A stretch of 29,059 bases of DNA. Source: a virus. Taxonomy: Duplodnaviria > Caudoviricetes. The DNA lies in the IMG/VR virus record IMGVR_UViG_3300038312_000238, positions 1 to 29,059 of that record, one strand, 5' to 3'. Shown here piece after piece: positions 18,484 through 27,700 of this stretch (position 1 is its first letter; the number at the start of each line of letters is the position of its first letter). Under the pieces are notes generated by a model. That model was given only the letters and a program-made list of their open reading frames with translations, was not told the origin of the DNA and ran no database searches. Made by a program: the position numbers and the translations under genes.

Positions 18484-19901
18484 GCAATAATCTACAAAAG
18501 ATAATTGAGTACGGCAAAGACCCCTCGTGTGTTGCGTGTATCTCGCCCATGTTCGGCGGGGCATGGCACAGCACGATCAGGACCGGCGAGGGGCCACAAC
18601 CTGTACTCCCTCCAGTCGCCGGGGACAGCATCGCTCAGCGCTTAGGACTGCTTGCGAAATACAACTGCGACACCTCGCAACTGGACTTTCGCCTCGCCAG
18701 CACCGCGCAAAACAACTGGTACGTCAAGACTGGGTTGTCATTTGCTGGGTGGAGCAGACCTCTGACGATCATAGGCAGGATGTATATTGCGCCGGATAAT
18801 GGAGGTACTGATCCTTATGACTACGATAATAGTGTGCTACATCCATTAGTGACCCAGGGGTATTTTGCAAGTGCAACAGTACAAGATACCACACTAGTAT
18901 TAGCGTATTACAATCATGATAACACTAACAGATATTTTTTGAGATTTACAATTAATGGTGCCACTTTCGTTAGTTTGAGTGCATCTCCTGTCACAGATCC
19001 GCGCGGTAAGATTGTAATCATGGCAGGCACACTCGACCCCTCTACAGGCGCATACAAAATCTACGAAAATGGCGTAGTTATACGGGCAAGTACAATTACT
19101 AGTTTGATAGGATATCAAATAACCACCGGCACTGGCGCAAATAATAATGCAGTGGCTTATCTACATCAATACAAGGACGCTTGGCAGAACCGCAACGACC
19201 GCGTTGACTGGTGCATGGTGTATGACCGTGTATTGAGCGACGCTGAAATCAAATTTTTGAGTTATGACCGTGATAATTGGGTTGACCTCAGCTTGCCTGT
19301 TGAGGCAGGTACGATTAATATCACCACGGAAGCTATCCCCGAACTAGAGTGGACGCTTCCAGATGGCACGAAGTCGACCGCTTCCACTCTGAGTCAAACA
19401 GTTGAAGCTGGCACTTTGCGGATGAAGTGCTACAAGTACGGAAAAACATTTAGGATATTAAGCGGGTCTACAGCATTGCAGAATTCTACGATTAAAGTAT
19501 CAGACCTGCCACGAGTGACTAACTATCTGAGTCTCAGCACCCTTCCCGGTTTGACTGGCACGACGGCAGACCTGCCACGAGTGACTAACACTCTGTATCT
19601 ACACAACATTCCCGGATTAACAGGCACTGTAATAGATCTGCCATTAAATACTGGAGCGACACGACAGATTTTTAATATGTCTGGAATTGCCGGAGCACTC
19701 CCGGTCGTATCCACAAATACCTCTGTATACTACTACAGTAATGCACAAGTCACCCCTGCTGAATATGATGAGACCATCCAGAATATCGTTGATGCCGGTG
19801 GTGTAAACGGAACATTGCGAATCAGCAATACTCGTACATCAGCAAGCGATGCCAATATTGCAACCCTACAGTCTCGCGGATGGACTGTGACTGAACATTA
19901 A
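18480..19901 (+). CDS. Putative receptor-binding protein: LamG/concanavalin-A-like domain plus LRR-like repeats and cap
   Basis: LamG-type YKIYENGV and MVYDRVLSDAEI; 22-aa repeats DLPRVTNxLxLxxxPGLTGT; C-terminal IATLQSRGWTVT. Confidence 0.72.
   Translation: MSNNLQKIIEYGKDPSCVACISPMFGGAWHSTIRTGEGPQPVLPPVAGDSIAQRLGLLAKYNCDTSQLDFRLASTAQNNWYVKTGLSFAGWSRPLTIIGRMYIAPDNGGTDPYDYDNSVLHPLVTQGYFASATVQDTTLVLAYYNHDNTNRYFLRFTINGATFVSLSASPVTDPRGKIVIMAGTLDPSTGAYKIYENGVVIRASTITSLIGYQITTGTGANNNAVAYLHQYKDAWQNRNDRVDWCMVYDRVLSDAEIKFLSYDRDNWVDLSLPVEAGTINITTEAIPELEWTLPDGTKSTASTLSQTVEAGTLRMKCYKYGKTFRILSGSTALQNSTIKVSDLPRVTNYLSLSTLPGLTGTTADLPRVTNTLYLHNIPGLTGTVIDLPLNTGATRQIFNMSGIAGALPVVSTNTSVYYYSNAQVTPAEYDETIQNIVDAGGVNGTLRISNTRTSASDANIATLQSRGWTVTEH
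19501..19643 (+). repeat. 66-bp imperfect tandem repeat (LRR-like units, two full plus a partial third)
   Basis: CAGACCTGCCACGAGTGACTAAC at 19501 and 19567; TAGATCTGCCA at 19633. Confidence 0.93.
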
Positions 19902-19917
19902 AAAAGGAGACAATTTT

Positions 19918-20421
19918 ATGATTAGGTATTTTAAAGAGATTGCCGGTCAGCTAACCGAGTATCTTAAAGACAGAAAAGGGAAAACATGGTTTGCGGATGA
20001 GGGCTGGCTCCCTTACGCCGGGACGAAGTCTATCGACTGGCTCCACATTGCTGATAATGTTGTAGTGGAATACACCGAAGAGGAGCACGACGCGATCCAG
20101 CAAACCAAGCAGGAGGCGTCAGAAACAGCTTTTTACGCCGGGCTGTATGATGGAAATCCTGACCTCAAACAGAGAGTCCGGGAGTACAAAGCGTTGCTTG
20201 AGTCTGTGGGACTGGAGCCTACCGCCAACATAACGGCGGTGACGGATTTTGTCAATAACTCAACCTTGTCGGACGCCGAAAAGATCGCGCTGGTCATGCA
20301 AATCACCGGATTATACAATAATGGTATCGTCTACAACCTATCCCACTCTGGCATTATGGACGCAGTCAGTTTCGGGTATGACAACATGGATAAGTTAATC
20401 CAATATTTACCGGAGGTCTAA
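19918..20421 (+). CDS. Hypothetical protein, possibly fibre-associated
   Basis: AAGGAG SD, 167 aa; no motif recognised. Confidence 0.55.
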   Translation: MIRYFKEIAGQLTEYLKDRKGKTWFADEGWLPYAGTKSIDWLHIADNVVVEYTEEEHDAIQQTKQEASETAFYAGLYDGNPDLKQRVREYKALLESVGLEPTANITAVTDFVNNSTLSDAEKIALVMQITGLYNNGIVYNLSHSGIMDAVSFGYDNMDKLIQYLPEV

Positions 20422-20423
20422 CA

Positions 20424-20873
20424 ATGAGCCATTACACGTTACAACAAATTATCGTGCTGATTGATCTTGCAAAAGAACAAAAACTCGCCAACTGTAAAAT
20501 ACTAGATAAGTACGAGTATGATGAGGTGCTATCTATAGCAAACGGAATCGGCGCAGATTGGATGCCTGAATCGTTGCGATCACTCATTGACACGCTCAAT
20601 CCAACGTTAAAAGCGGTTGCGCTGATTCACGACGTTGAATTCTACGAGGGCGGGACGCGTGAGCAGTTCCATTCCTCAAACTGCCGTTTCTACGACAACG
20701 GAATCAAAGCCGCGAAATCAACATATGGCTGGTATAACCCGCTCCGCTATCATGTCATGTGGCAAGCATGGAAATACTGGCGCTTATTGGACGAATTTGG
20801 TCTATGGGCGTGGGAAACTGAACCTGCAATCATTGACGAAACCGCGCCGAAAGGCGTTATCGAGGGTAAGTAA
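20424..20873 (+). CDS. Prokaryotic phospholipase A2-like / DUF1353-like protein
   Basis: ANGIGADWMP...ALIHDVEF.EGGT...SNCRFYDN pattern containing a His-Asp dyad. Confidence 0.55.
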   Translation: MSHYTLQQIIVLIDLAKEQKLANCKILDKYEYDEVLSIANGIGADWMPESLRSLIDTLNPTLKAVALIHDVEFYEGGTREQFHSSNCRFYDNGIKAAKSTYGWYNPLRYHVMWQAWKYWRLLDEFGLWAWETEPAIIDETAPKGVIEGK

Positions 20874-21151
20874 TGGAACAAACAGCCCTGAAAGCAACCG
20901 AAATCGTGATCACTGGCATGAGCAAAGTTGAATTATTTGCCATTTTTGTGCTGGCGGTAGTCCTGATCGTCGCCGCTACGCTCGTAATGAACGTGGTAGT
21001 ATCGCTCAAACTTGCAGTGTTCAAAGACATGCCACAGGAGTTGAAAGAGATTAACTCTAAGCTAAAAACAGGGGCGGACCTCCAGCGAATCGCCAAAGAG
21101 GAGGTTATGGAGCACGAGCGCCAATTCCACCTTAAAAAAACACCAAAATAA
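20873..21151 (+). CDS. Holin-like membrane protein
   Basis: 92 aa with one long hydrophobic segment (LFAIFVLAVVLIVAATLVMNVVV) and a charged C-terminus. Confidence 0.5.
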   Translation: MEQTALKATEIVITGMSKVELFAIFVLAVVLIVAATLVMNVVVSLKLAVFKDMPQELKEINSKLKTGADLQRIAKEEVMEHERQFHLKKTPK

Positions 21152-21188
21152 AAAATATCACCAATAAATGAAAAACAGGAGTGCCAAA

Positions 21189-21587
21189 ATGAAACAACTC
21201 ATCTTAATTATCATCGCCGTGGCGGCTTTTGCCGCCTCTATCGCCCTATCCGGCTGTAGTACAACAAAACAGGCAGTGCAGAACCTTGAAGACAAAGCGG
21301 TAACACTGTCAGGAACCTTTTTGATGAACAAGATCGTCACGATGGACGTGATCAATAAAACCCCATCTGTTATATCTCTTGTTGGCTATGGTAATTATAC
21401 CAGCGTCCCTACTGGCATGGAGTTTATCCAATACCACGAAACCAGCGACGCCAGTATCTTCAATTCAGCCTCAAAGAGCACGAGTATATTTTTCCTGTTT
21501 GCTAGTTCTGAAAAGAAAAGGGCTGATGAGGTTATTTCCGCCATATCTGAACGACTGAAAGTGAACAAGGCAAAAAATGAACGTTGA
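21189..21587 (+). CDS. Lipoprotein, possibly spanin-like or exclusion protein
   Basis: AGGAG SD; signal peptide MKQLILIIIAVAAFAASIA followed by lipobox LSG-C. Confidence 0.75.
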   Translation: MKQLILIIIAVAAFAASIALSGCSTTKQAVQNLEDKAVTLSGTFLMNKIVTMDVINKTPSVISLVGYGNYTSVPTGMEFIQYHETSDASIFNSASKSTSIFFLFASSEKKRADEVISAISERLKVNKAKNER

Positions 21588-21592
21588 CACGC

Positions 21593-21626
21593 AAATGGGC
21601 GCGGCCTCAGTTCCGCGCCCATTTTT
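21593..21626. terminator. Bidirectional rho-independent terminator between the converging arms
   Basis: AAATGGGCGCGG-cctcagtt-CCGCGCCCATTTTT. Confidence 0.88.
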
Positions 21627-21662
21627 CTTCCAAGTTTGTGTATTCTTGTTTTATGCTATTAC

Positions 21663-21797
21663 CTACTTCTCATACTTTTCAAGATATCTTTTTGACTGTT
21701 GACACTTAATGCATATTCTTCTTACGCCGGGTGCAAAATCCTCCTTATTTTTATTATGACAAATTTTGCAGTAATACTCAGCACGGACTCTTTTCAT
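21663..21797 (-). CDS. Small 44-aa CxxC...CxxC zinc-finger protein (not in the ORF track)
   Basis: Reads MKRVRAEYYCKICHNKNKEDFAPGVRRICIKCQQSKRYLEKYEK; GAGGT SD upstream. Confidence 0.75.
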   Translation of the reverse strand: MKRVRAEYYCKICHNKNKEDFAPGVRRICIKCQQSKRYLEKYEK

Positions 21798-21801
21798 AAT
21801 A

Positions 21802-22194
21802 CTACCTCTTGTTTAAGGAATCTATTTTTTTTCTTACGATCTCTTCGGTCTTTTTAATAAGAAGCTGTTTAAGTTCCTCCGTATTTGTTTTATTGACCTT
21901 AAAGTCCTCCGCGGCGTCGTACCATATATCATTGTCCTGTAATTTGGACACTAATTTTTCAATAAAATAAACGTCGCCGAAATGAACACGAAAGTGACAA
22001 CACGAGCACAATGAAACGCCATTTGTAATATTATACCTTGCCTCGGCTTTTGCCTTTTTTGTAAAATACCAGTGGTGGGCCGACAGTCTATTTCTTGATC
22101 CACAGATTAAGCAACGTCCATCTCTCATTTTTACCGCTTTCGCCCATAGGGAAAGCAATTCGGAACTTTTTATTACTTGCACTTTTTTCTTCAC
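21802..22194 (-). CDS. HNH endonuclease (NinG-like)
   Basis: RDGRCLICG, LSAHH and NGVSLCSCCHFRVH. Confidence 0.85.
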   Translation of the reverse strand: MKKKVQVIKSSELLSLWAKAVKMRDGRCLICGSRNRLSAHHWYFTKKAKAEARYNITNGVSLCSCCHFRVHFGDVYFIEKLVSKLQDNDIWYDAAEDFKVNKTNTEELKQLLIKKTEEIVRKKIDSLNKR

Positions 22195-22928
22195 GGGATG
22201 TACTCCATTAGTAATTCTGTTATTTTTTTACTTCTGTCTTTTCCAAGGTGATTTTGTTTTGTAAACTTATATACCTTATCGGGCTTAATTAAGTCCGGGT
22301 GAACACAATATTCACTTATATAGACAGGTACTATTTTTGAAACTTTATTTATGAACTTTACAAACCTGTTGTAATCAAACTCTTCATAGTATCCGGTCGT
22401 CTCAAAATATGGCGGATCGCAATAAAGCACTATATTGCTATGCTTTGCGGCATTAAATTTATAACATGCAACAAAATCCATATTACAAAATTCATCTATT
22501 GTGTTTGAATAATACCTATTTGCGATATTCATATAGTGTGTAAATAAACTTTCAGAAAAAACTTCTTCTCGGTATCTAAAATTTACACTACGATGTAAAG
22601 CCGACTGTAACAATACTATAGCGTCACTTTTTATATTCTTATCTTTACCTTTTACGTATTCATAGAATTGAGTTTTAGTCATTGCGTCGCTTCTGTTTAT
22701 TTTTAACTTTGCCGACGTTATCTTATATAAGAACTCGTTATACTCGTTATATATTACCTTGTTAGGTCTATCCATAATGAGTTCTGAAAAATAGTGACTT
22801 ACCGAACCACCACCACCAAACATATCAACAAAAGTGATATCCGACAAATTATGATTTGCGGATATCACGTCGTATATCCTGTGGACTATAGCACTTTTAT
22901 TACCTTTGTATGGGAGACCGTATTGCAT
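22191..22928 (-). CDS. DNA N6-adenine methyltransferase (Dam/D12 class), orphan
   Basis: GLPYKGNKS, SAM-binding DMFGGGGSV, catalytic YCDPPY and VYISEY. Confidence 0.88.
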   Translation of the reverse strand: MQYGLPYKGNKSAIVHRIYDVISANHNLSDITFVDMFGGGGSVSHYFSELIMDRPNKVIYNEYNEFLYKITSAKLKINRSDAMTKTQFYEYVKGKDKNIKSDAIVLLQSALHRSVNFRYREEVFSESLFTHYMNIANRYYSNTIDEFCNMDFVACYKFNAAKHSNIVLYCDPPYFETTGYYEEFDYNRFVKFINKVSKIVPVYISEYCVHPDLIKPDKVYKFTKQNHLGKDRSKKITELLMEYIP

Positions 22929-22929
22929 G

Positions 22930-23532
22930 TTACACCCTTATTTGGTTTTTGAATATGTTCCAGTCTTTATTTTTTACAGCTTCCCAAAATTTATCTATAG
23001 TGGGAAGTATCGAAGCTATTCTTTTATGGTCATAATGAATGTCGTATATGTGGTATTCCCCCTCGTCGGAATTCAAGTAAACTATAAGTTTCGCCGGTAT
23101 CGAATTTATTCCAGTTATGAATTGATACCACAAAACTTGATAGTAATAATTGATCGGAACACCAATTTTATTTTGGTTAAAGTTCCTTTCGTAAGAGAAT
23201 AAACTTGCTGTTTTTATTTCTAGGATATATTTTTGTCTGTTCTTTTTATCTATTACAATACCGTCAACGTTTGCAGTGTAGTATTCTTTTTCGCCATATA
23301 TAACGCCCGGTTGTAATATCTTGACATCAAACTCTTCTTCGAAGAGTGAGACAATTATTGGCTCCATCATATTTCCATACTCAATGTACTTATTTGTCTT
23401 AAAATCAGATTCGACAAAACCACATTTTTCAAGAAATAATTGCTCTGCTGTTTTAAAGTGAGAGTACCCTAAAATTATACCAATGTCTGAACCACCGATA
23501 GATTTTTTTCTATCAACTTTTTCGTCTATCAT
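22930..23532 (-). CDS. YqaJ-like (lambda-exonuclease family) recombination nuclease
   Basis: RKKSIGGSD, GNMMEP, ANVDG, ILEIKT and YYYQVLWY. Confidence 0.92.
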   Translation of the reverse strand: MIDEKVDRKKSIGGSDIGIILGYSHFKTAEQLFLEKCGFVESDFKTNKYIEYGNMMEPIIVSLFEEEFDVKILQPGVIYGEKEYYTANVDGIVIDKKNRQKYILEIKTASLFSYERNFNQNKIGVPINYYYQVLWYQFITGINSIPAKLIVYLNSDEGEYHIYDIHYDHKRIASILPTIDKFWEAVKNKDWNIFKNQIRV

Positions 23533-24089
23533 TAAAACCCCTTTGCAAACCTTTCAGCTTGTCTTATATCTATTTCGTCTTTCCATCTATCCAATTCACT
23601 TTTACGTTTAATATACTCCGGTTTATCAAATTTTGCAATAATTAACATTCCCTTTTTTACCATTTTTTCATTCCAAGACATGTTAGAATAGTTTTTAACT
23701 TCCTCTTGCTCAAAAACAAAAAATGGACTTGACAATGAACAGTTCAGCATAACGGACGCACCTGAAAAATCAGACATGTATCGTCTTATAAATCTCAAAT
23801 TTATAAACAATTTATTCCAACCTAAATCCGGCAATCTTTTTGTTAGCATTATAAATGGAATTCGCTTTTTACTTTCAACGAGATATATAAAATGATCGTC
23901 CACATGAAGCCTGTAAAACTTATCATACATATTTTCCAGAGTGTCGAGTTCGCACAAATACCCTATAGGTCTGCCGGACATTATCGGAGAATAATCTTTT
24001 CCGTTTTCGCCGATACAGTCAAACTCGTTGGATTTAAACCACAATTTGCCGTATTTAAAATTAAGAAAAAACCACATATACTTTTTCAT
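23532..24089 (-). CDS. Hypothetical protein, paralogue of 24086-24577
   Basis: Colinear shared blocks with the neighbouring gene (see findings). Confidence 0.6.
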   Translation of the reverse strand: MKKYMWFFLNFKYGKLWFKSNEFDCIGENGKDYSPIMSGRPIGYLCELDTLENMYDKFYRLHVDDHFIYLVESKKRIPFIMLTKRLPDLGWNKLFINLRFIRRYMSDFSGASVMLNCSLSSPFFVFEQEEVKNYSNMSWNEKMVKKGMLIIAKFDKPEYIKRKSELDRWKDEIDIRQAERFAKGF

Positions 24090-24577
24090 TTTAATCTATT
24101 CCTAAAGACTTCGCATATATCGTGATCGGCTATTAACGCGCAAATAAAGACGGTGCTTTTACCGGAAATAATAATAGATGGGATCATCGAAAAATTAAAT
24201 TTTACAACAGCCCCAGTTAAGTCTTCTTTGCAACACGGCAAAATTACATTCTTTATCATGTCTAAGTTTATACTAAATTTATCTATTGAATATCCTGCAC
24301 AATCTTTTATGTCTGTAGTCAACTCAACAAAAGGCAGGTCGTATTTAGTTGGCTTTTCCTGATGGAGGCATAGTGTCTTTGTTGCGCCGTCGACTATAAA
24401 GTTTGGGGTTTTCTCCTTTATCCATTTCAATGTTTCTATGTCACATAAATTGCCGACCTTTCTCCCCATGAGGAACTGTGAAATATTTAATCCGTCGTAT
24501 GTTATTTCTTCTTCGTTTGTCGGCTTATTCATAAGAATAGCTATATTCTTGTGCCGCACAATCACTTCTGCTTCCAT
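24086..24577 (-). CDS. Hypothetical protein, paralogue of 23532-24089
   Basis: GGAGG SD; colinear shared blocks with the neighbouring gene. Confidence 0.6.
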   Translation of the reverse strand: MEAEVIVRHKNIAILMNKPTNEEEITYDGLNISQFLMGRKVGNLCDIETLKWIKEKTPNFIVDGATKTLCLHQEKPTKYDLPFVELTTDIKDCAGYSIDKFSINLDMIKNVILPCCKEDLTGAVVKFNFSMIPSIIISGKSTVFICALIADHDICEVFRNRLK

Positions 24578-25794
24578 GATATCATTCCTCCATAGAATTG
24601 GTTATATAGTTCTTTTAATACGTCAGACTTCTTCATCAGGCTAGATATATTATTGTCTTTCTTTGCGACAAGTTTAATCATAGCTTCCTCAACGGTATCT
24701 CTTGTAAAAGAAACATAAGATTTTATCTCGTTGTCAAAGTTCGTTAGCCGCCTAACGCGGCCAACGCACTGCTCCATAAGGCCGGGCGTCCAAGCGCATT
24801 CCATAAACCAGACATTGGAACAGAACTCCATATTAAGTCCAGTTCCTATTGTCCCTATTGTTCCGCACAGGCATTTAACATTACTGTTTTTCCATTGATT
24901 AACCTTTTGAACTCTGACTGCCGCTGAGTCTTTTGATGTAATTTTTATAGCGCCGAGTTCCTCGGCCATTGTATCAAGAACGTCAATGTGGTGACAAAAA
25001 ACTAAAACTTTGCCATCTAGGCTATTTATAATTTTTGCGTCCCTTGAAGCACGACGCATAGCCAGCTTTCTCCTGTGCTCATTAAACAAGACCAAACTCT
25101 TATTAGTCTGTATTTTTGCTAATTCTTTGCCAAGTGCTTTAGCTTCCAAATCATACTTTTCAGGTTTTGCGTGTCTGACATATATTTGTTGTATAGGTGG
25201 TATGTTATAAACGTCATTAAACTTTCTAGCTATTAAGAACTTTTTAAGTGTTCTTTTTAACTCTGCGCAGTTTGTGGGTCTTGTACATATTAAACTCCTA
25301 CCAACCTTTATGCCGCCGTTGAAGTATCTGACAAAGTGCGTATAGTTTATATACTTGCCGGAATGTAAAAGGTATAGTTGCGTCCATAGTTCGGCTGGTC
25401 TATTCATGACAGGTGTCCCAGACAACAACAATTTGTTTTTTACGTGTAAAAAATATTTTTTAACAGCCTTGAATCTCCCGGAGTTTGGGTTCTTTATATA
25501 GTGGCTTTCATCAAGTATCAAAAAATCACAGTTAGGACTATACGCTTTATTTTTAAAAGTGTCGTAAGACTCAATAAAAAACACTGTTTCAACGTTTTCA
25601 AATTTTTGTATTTCACAGCGCCAGTTTTCCATGATACCTGCAGGACATAATACAAATACACGTTTAGCCCCTGATGACACTGCGGCAGATATTGCGGTAA
25701 TAGTTTTTCCTAAACCCATTTCGTCTGCTAGTATCGCGCAATAATTTTTATCAATTATATCAAGCACTGCTTCACGCTGGTGTTTTTTTAACAT
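24562..25794 (-). CDS. SNF2-family (superfamily 2) helicase
   Basis: LADEMGLGKT, ILDESHYIKN, LLSGTPVMN, GTGLN and EQCVGRVRR. Confidence 0.93.
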   Translation of the reverse strand: MLKKHQREAVLDIIDKNYCAILADEMGLGKTITAISAAVSSGAKRVFVLCPAGIMENWRCEIQKFENVETVFFIESYDTFKNKAYSPNCDFLILDESHYIKNPNSGRFKAVKKYFLHVKNKLLLSGTPVMNRPAELWTQLYLLHSGKYINYTHFVRYFNGGIKVGRSLICTRPTNCAELKRTLKKFLIARKFNDVYNIPPIQQIYVRHAKPEKYDLEAKALGKELAKIQTNKSLVLFNEHRRKLAMRRASRDAKIINSLDGKVLVFCHHIDVLDTMAEELGAIKITSKDSAAVRVQKVNQWKNSNVKCLCGTIGTIGTGLNMEFCSNVWFMECAWTPGLMEQCVGRVRRLTNFDNEIKSYVSFTRDTVEEAMIKLVAKKDNNISSLMKKSDVLKELYNQFYGGMISWKQK

Positions 25795-25796
25795 CT

Positions 25797-26573
25797 TTAA
25801 CGCCTTTTGTCCACATATATTAAATGTTGTTTTACCCCATTGTCTCTTATTGCAAAAGGGGTTCTAGTAAAGTGACCTTTAACGAAAGTGGCCTCGTCTG
25901 CACCGTAACTAATAAATTCACTTTTCATTTCTGCATATTTTTTATACAATAAAAAGTGTATGGATCGCTTGCCACTAAATGTTGCCGAAAAGACCATATG
26001 CATATAAGGTTGCATAAATGTCCATTGTTCATTTATTGGATATTCGTCAAACTCGACAAGAAAAAGCGGCTCTTCAATAACGTTTTCTTTCCGTTGTCCA
26101 ATACCGTCATAAGTACATATAGACATCTGCACAGTTTTTTTTGTTCTAAATGTTGACAATGAAAAGTTATAGTCATAAAAATACCTTATGCCATCGTCTG
26201 TCAAAGAGTCCAATAAATCAAAATATTTCCGAGGTTTTACATTTGACACAGGTGGTTCTATTATTTTTTTGACCTTAGACTTAAAGCAGACTTTTGCTAA
26301 TTCTTTATTCGGCTTAGGAAACTTTAATCTTGGTGACATTAATTTTGTCTTAGTTTGACTGGCCCTTTCAACTGCCCTTATAATAGCGCCCTGATCGGCC
26401 GAATTCTGCGCGATTGCAAACAGCGCGGATGTTATATCATCCGGCTTATACCCGGCGCGTAAGGCCCGCAGAACTGCCGAAAACAGGGCATTATTAAACC
26501 CGCCCGAGCCGGGGCGGGGCAATCCAGATATTATGTCGTCTAATTCAACACTTTTAGATATAATTATATCCAT
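25797..26573 (-). CDS. Putative AEP-superfamily (RepB-like) primase
   Basis: LVEFD, FSGKRSIH and GAD..T....FTRTP motifs; N-terminal G.GFNNALF helical domain. Confidence 0.65.
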   Translation of the reverse strand: MDIIISKSVELDDIISGLPRPGSGGFNNALFSAVLRALRAGYKPDDITSALFAIAQNSADQGAIIRAVERASQTKTKLMSPRLKFPKPNKELAKVCFKSKVKKIIEPPVSNVKPRKYFDLLDSLTDDGIRYFYDYNFSLSTFRTKKTVQMSICTYDGIGQRKENVIEEPLFLVEFDEYPINEQWTFMQPYMHMVFSATFSGKRSIHFLLYKKYAEMKSEFISYGADEATFVKGHFTRTPFAIRDNGVKQHLIYVDKRR

Positions 26574-27700
26574 TTTATAGTAGACTCCACTTTTTTCTTA
26601 GGCATCCACATCACTCTGCCTTTCTTAGTCTTTATTATTCCTCTATCAGTCAACTGGTCAAGGACATCATGCAAAAGAAAATTGTCTCTTCTAAACTGTT
26701 CATAGACCTCGTGACTTATTCCGTCCGCTCCAAAATAATTTCTTATACGTTTTATCTTCTTTTCATTTGGATCAATGTCTATTATCTCCCTGTGTTTTAA
26801 CTCGACCTCGCACCGCATACAATAATCATTTATTTGTACGGCGTCAAGAAAATCATCAATTCCGACAAGTGGCTTTTTATTGGCCAGTGCAACATTTCCT
26901 GCGAGGTGTAAAAGCCTTGAATAATATATCGAAGCGTCGTCAACGTTGTCAGTTTTATTTGATATATACTTATACATCCTTTTTGTTGCAACGTCGTCCC
27001 ATTTTATCACCTCTGGAGAAGATGTATAAATATAAGATATTATGTCTTGGCATTCACTGGAGAGTATTGATATGTCCTCGGATGGCACAAGGAACGACTC
27101 GACGCTATCTACAGACTCGTCCAAAAAAGCAATCGTGCGTCTTTTATCCCCGGACTCAGCGTCTTGCGAAGCGGACATATATTGCATTTTGGTTGATAGT
27201 TTCAAAGACGTGAATCTTGGCGTGAATGAATCAGTTGGATAACAATTTTTTACAGTGTTATCAAAATGAAAATGTGTATCAAACAACATCCTTTCAAGTC
27301 TGCCGAGGCCAAAACTGTGAGGCGACATAACATTCTCTTTCAACCTATCACCGGCCTCGTCAACTATTGAAACAATTGTTTTTGGACGTTTCCTTATCAC
27401 GAACGAGCCATCTTTTTCTTTTTTGAATTCTGCGTCCGCTATAGCCGCCTCTAAAAACGCCGAAGAGGCCGGAGAACAAAATACAACGTGTTTATCTTCT
27501 CCAAAAACTTTTTTTAGCGCTATTTTTAAAATACTTTTCCCTGTCCCGGAACCTCCAATATAAACAATAAAACACCTTAAAGCCCACGCAGACGACAATC
27601 TAGAATCATAGATTTTTACAGCCATATTGTTGGCGGCTATATTCGCCGCCAACAAATGACACGCCGTTGCAACTATTTTATTGCAACAGTTTGTTTTCAA
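26564..27700 (-). CDS. P-loop ATPase, DUF3987/YfjI-like putative replicative helicase
   Basis: Walker A GGSGTGKS, Walker B SIVDEAG, SGDKRR arginine-finger-like motif; adjacent to the primase. Confidence 0.65.
   Translation of the reverse strand: MKTNCCNKIVATACHLLAANIAANNMAVKIYDSRLSSAWALRCFIVYIGGSGTGKSILKIALKKVFGEDKHVVFCSPASSAFLEAAIADAEFKKEKDGSFVIRKRPKTIVSIVDEAGDRLKENVMSPHSFGLGRLERMLFDTHFHFDNTVKNCYPTDSFTPRFTSLKLSTKMQYMSASQDAESGDKRRTIAFLDESVDSVESFLVPSEDISILSSECQDIISYIYTSSPEVIKWDDVATKRMYKYISNKTDNVDDASIYYSRLLHLAGNVALANKKPLVGIDDFLDAVQINDYCMRCEVELKHREIIDIDPNEKKIKRIRNYFGADGISHEVYEQFRRDNFLLHDVLDQLTDRGIIKTKKGRVMWMPKKKVESTIKWI

Noticed and set aside
21802-22928. HNH plus methyltransferase as a restriction-modification pair
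   Set aside because: The HNH protein is a short NinG-like type; orphan methyltransferases beside such nucleases are routine in phage replication modules.
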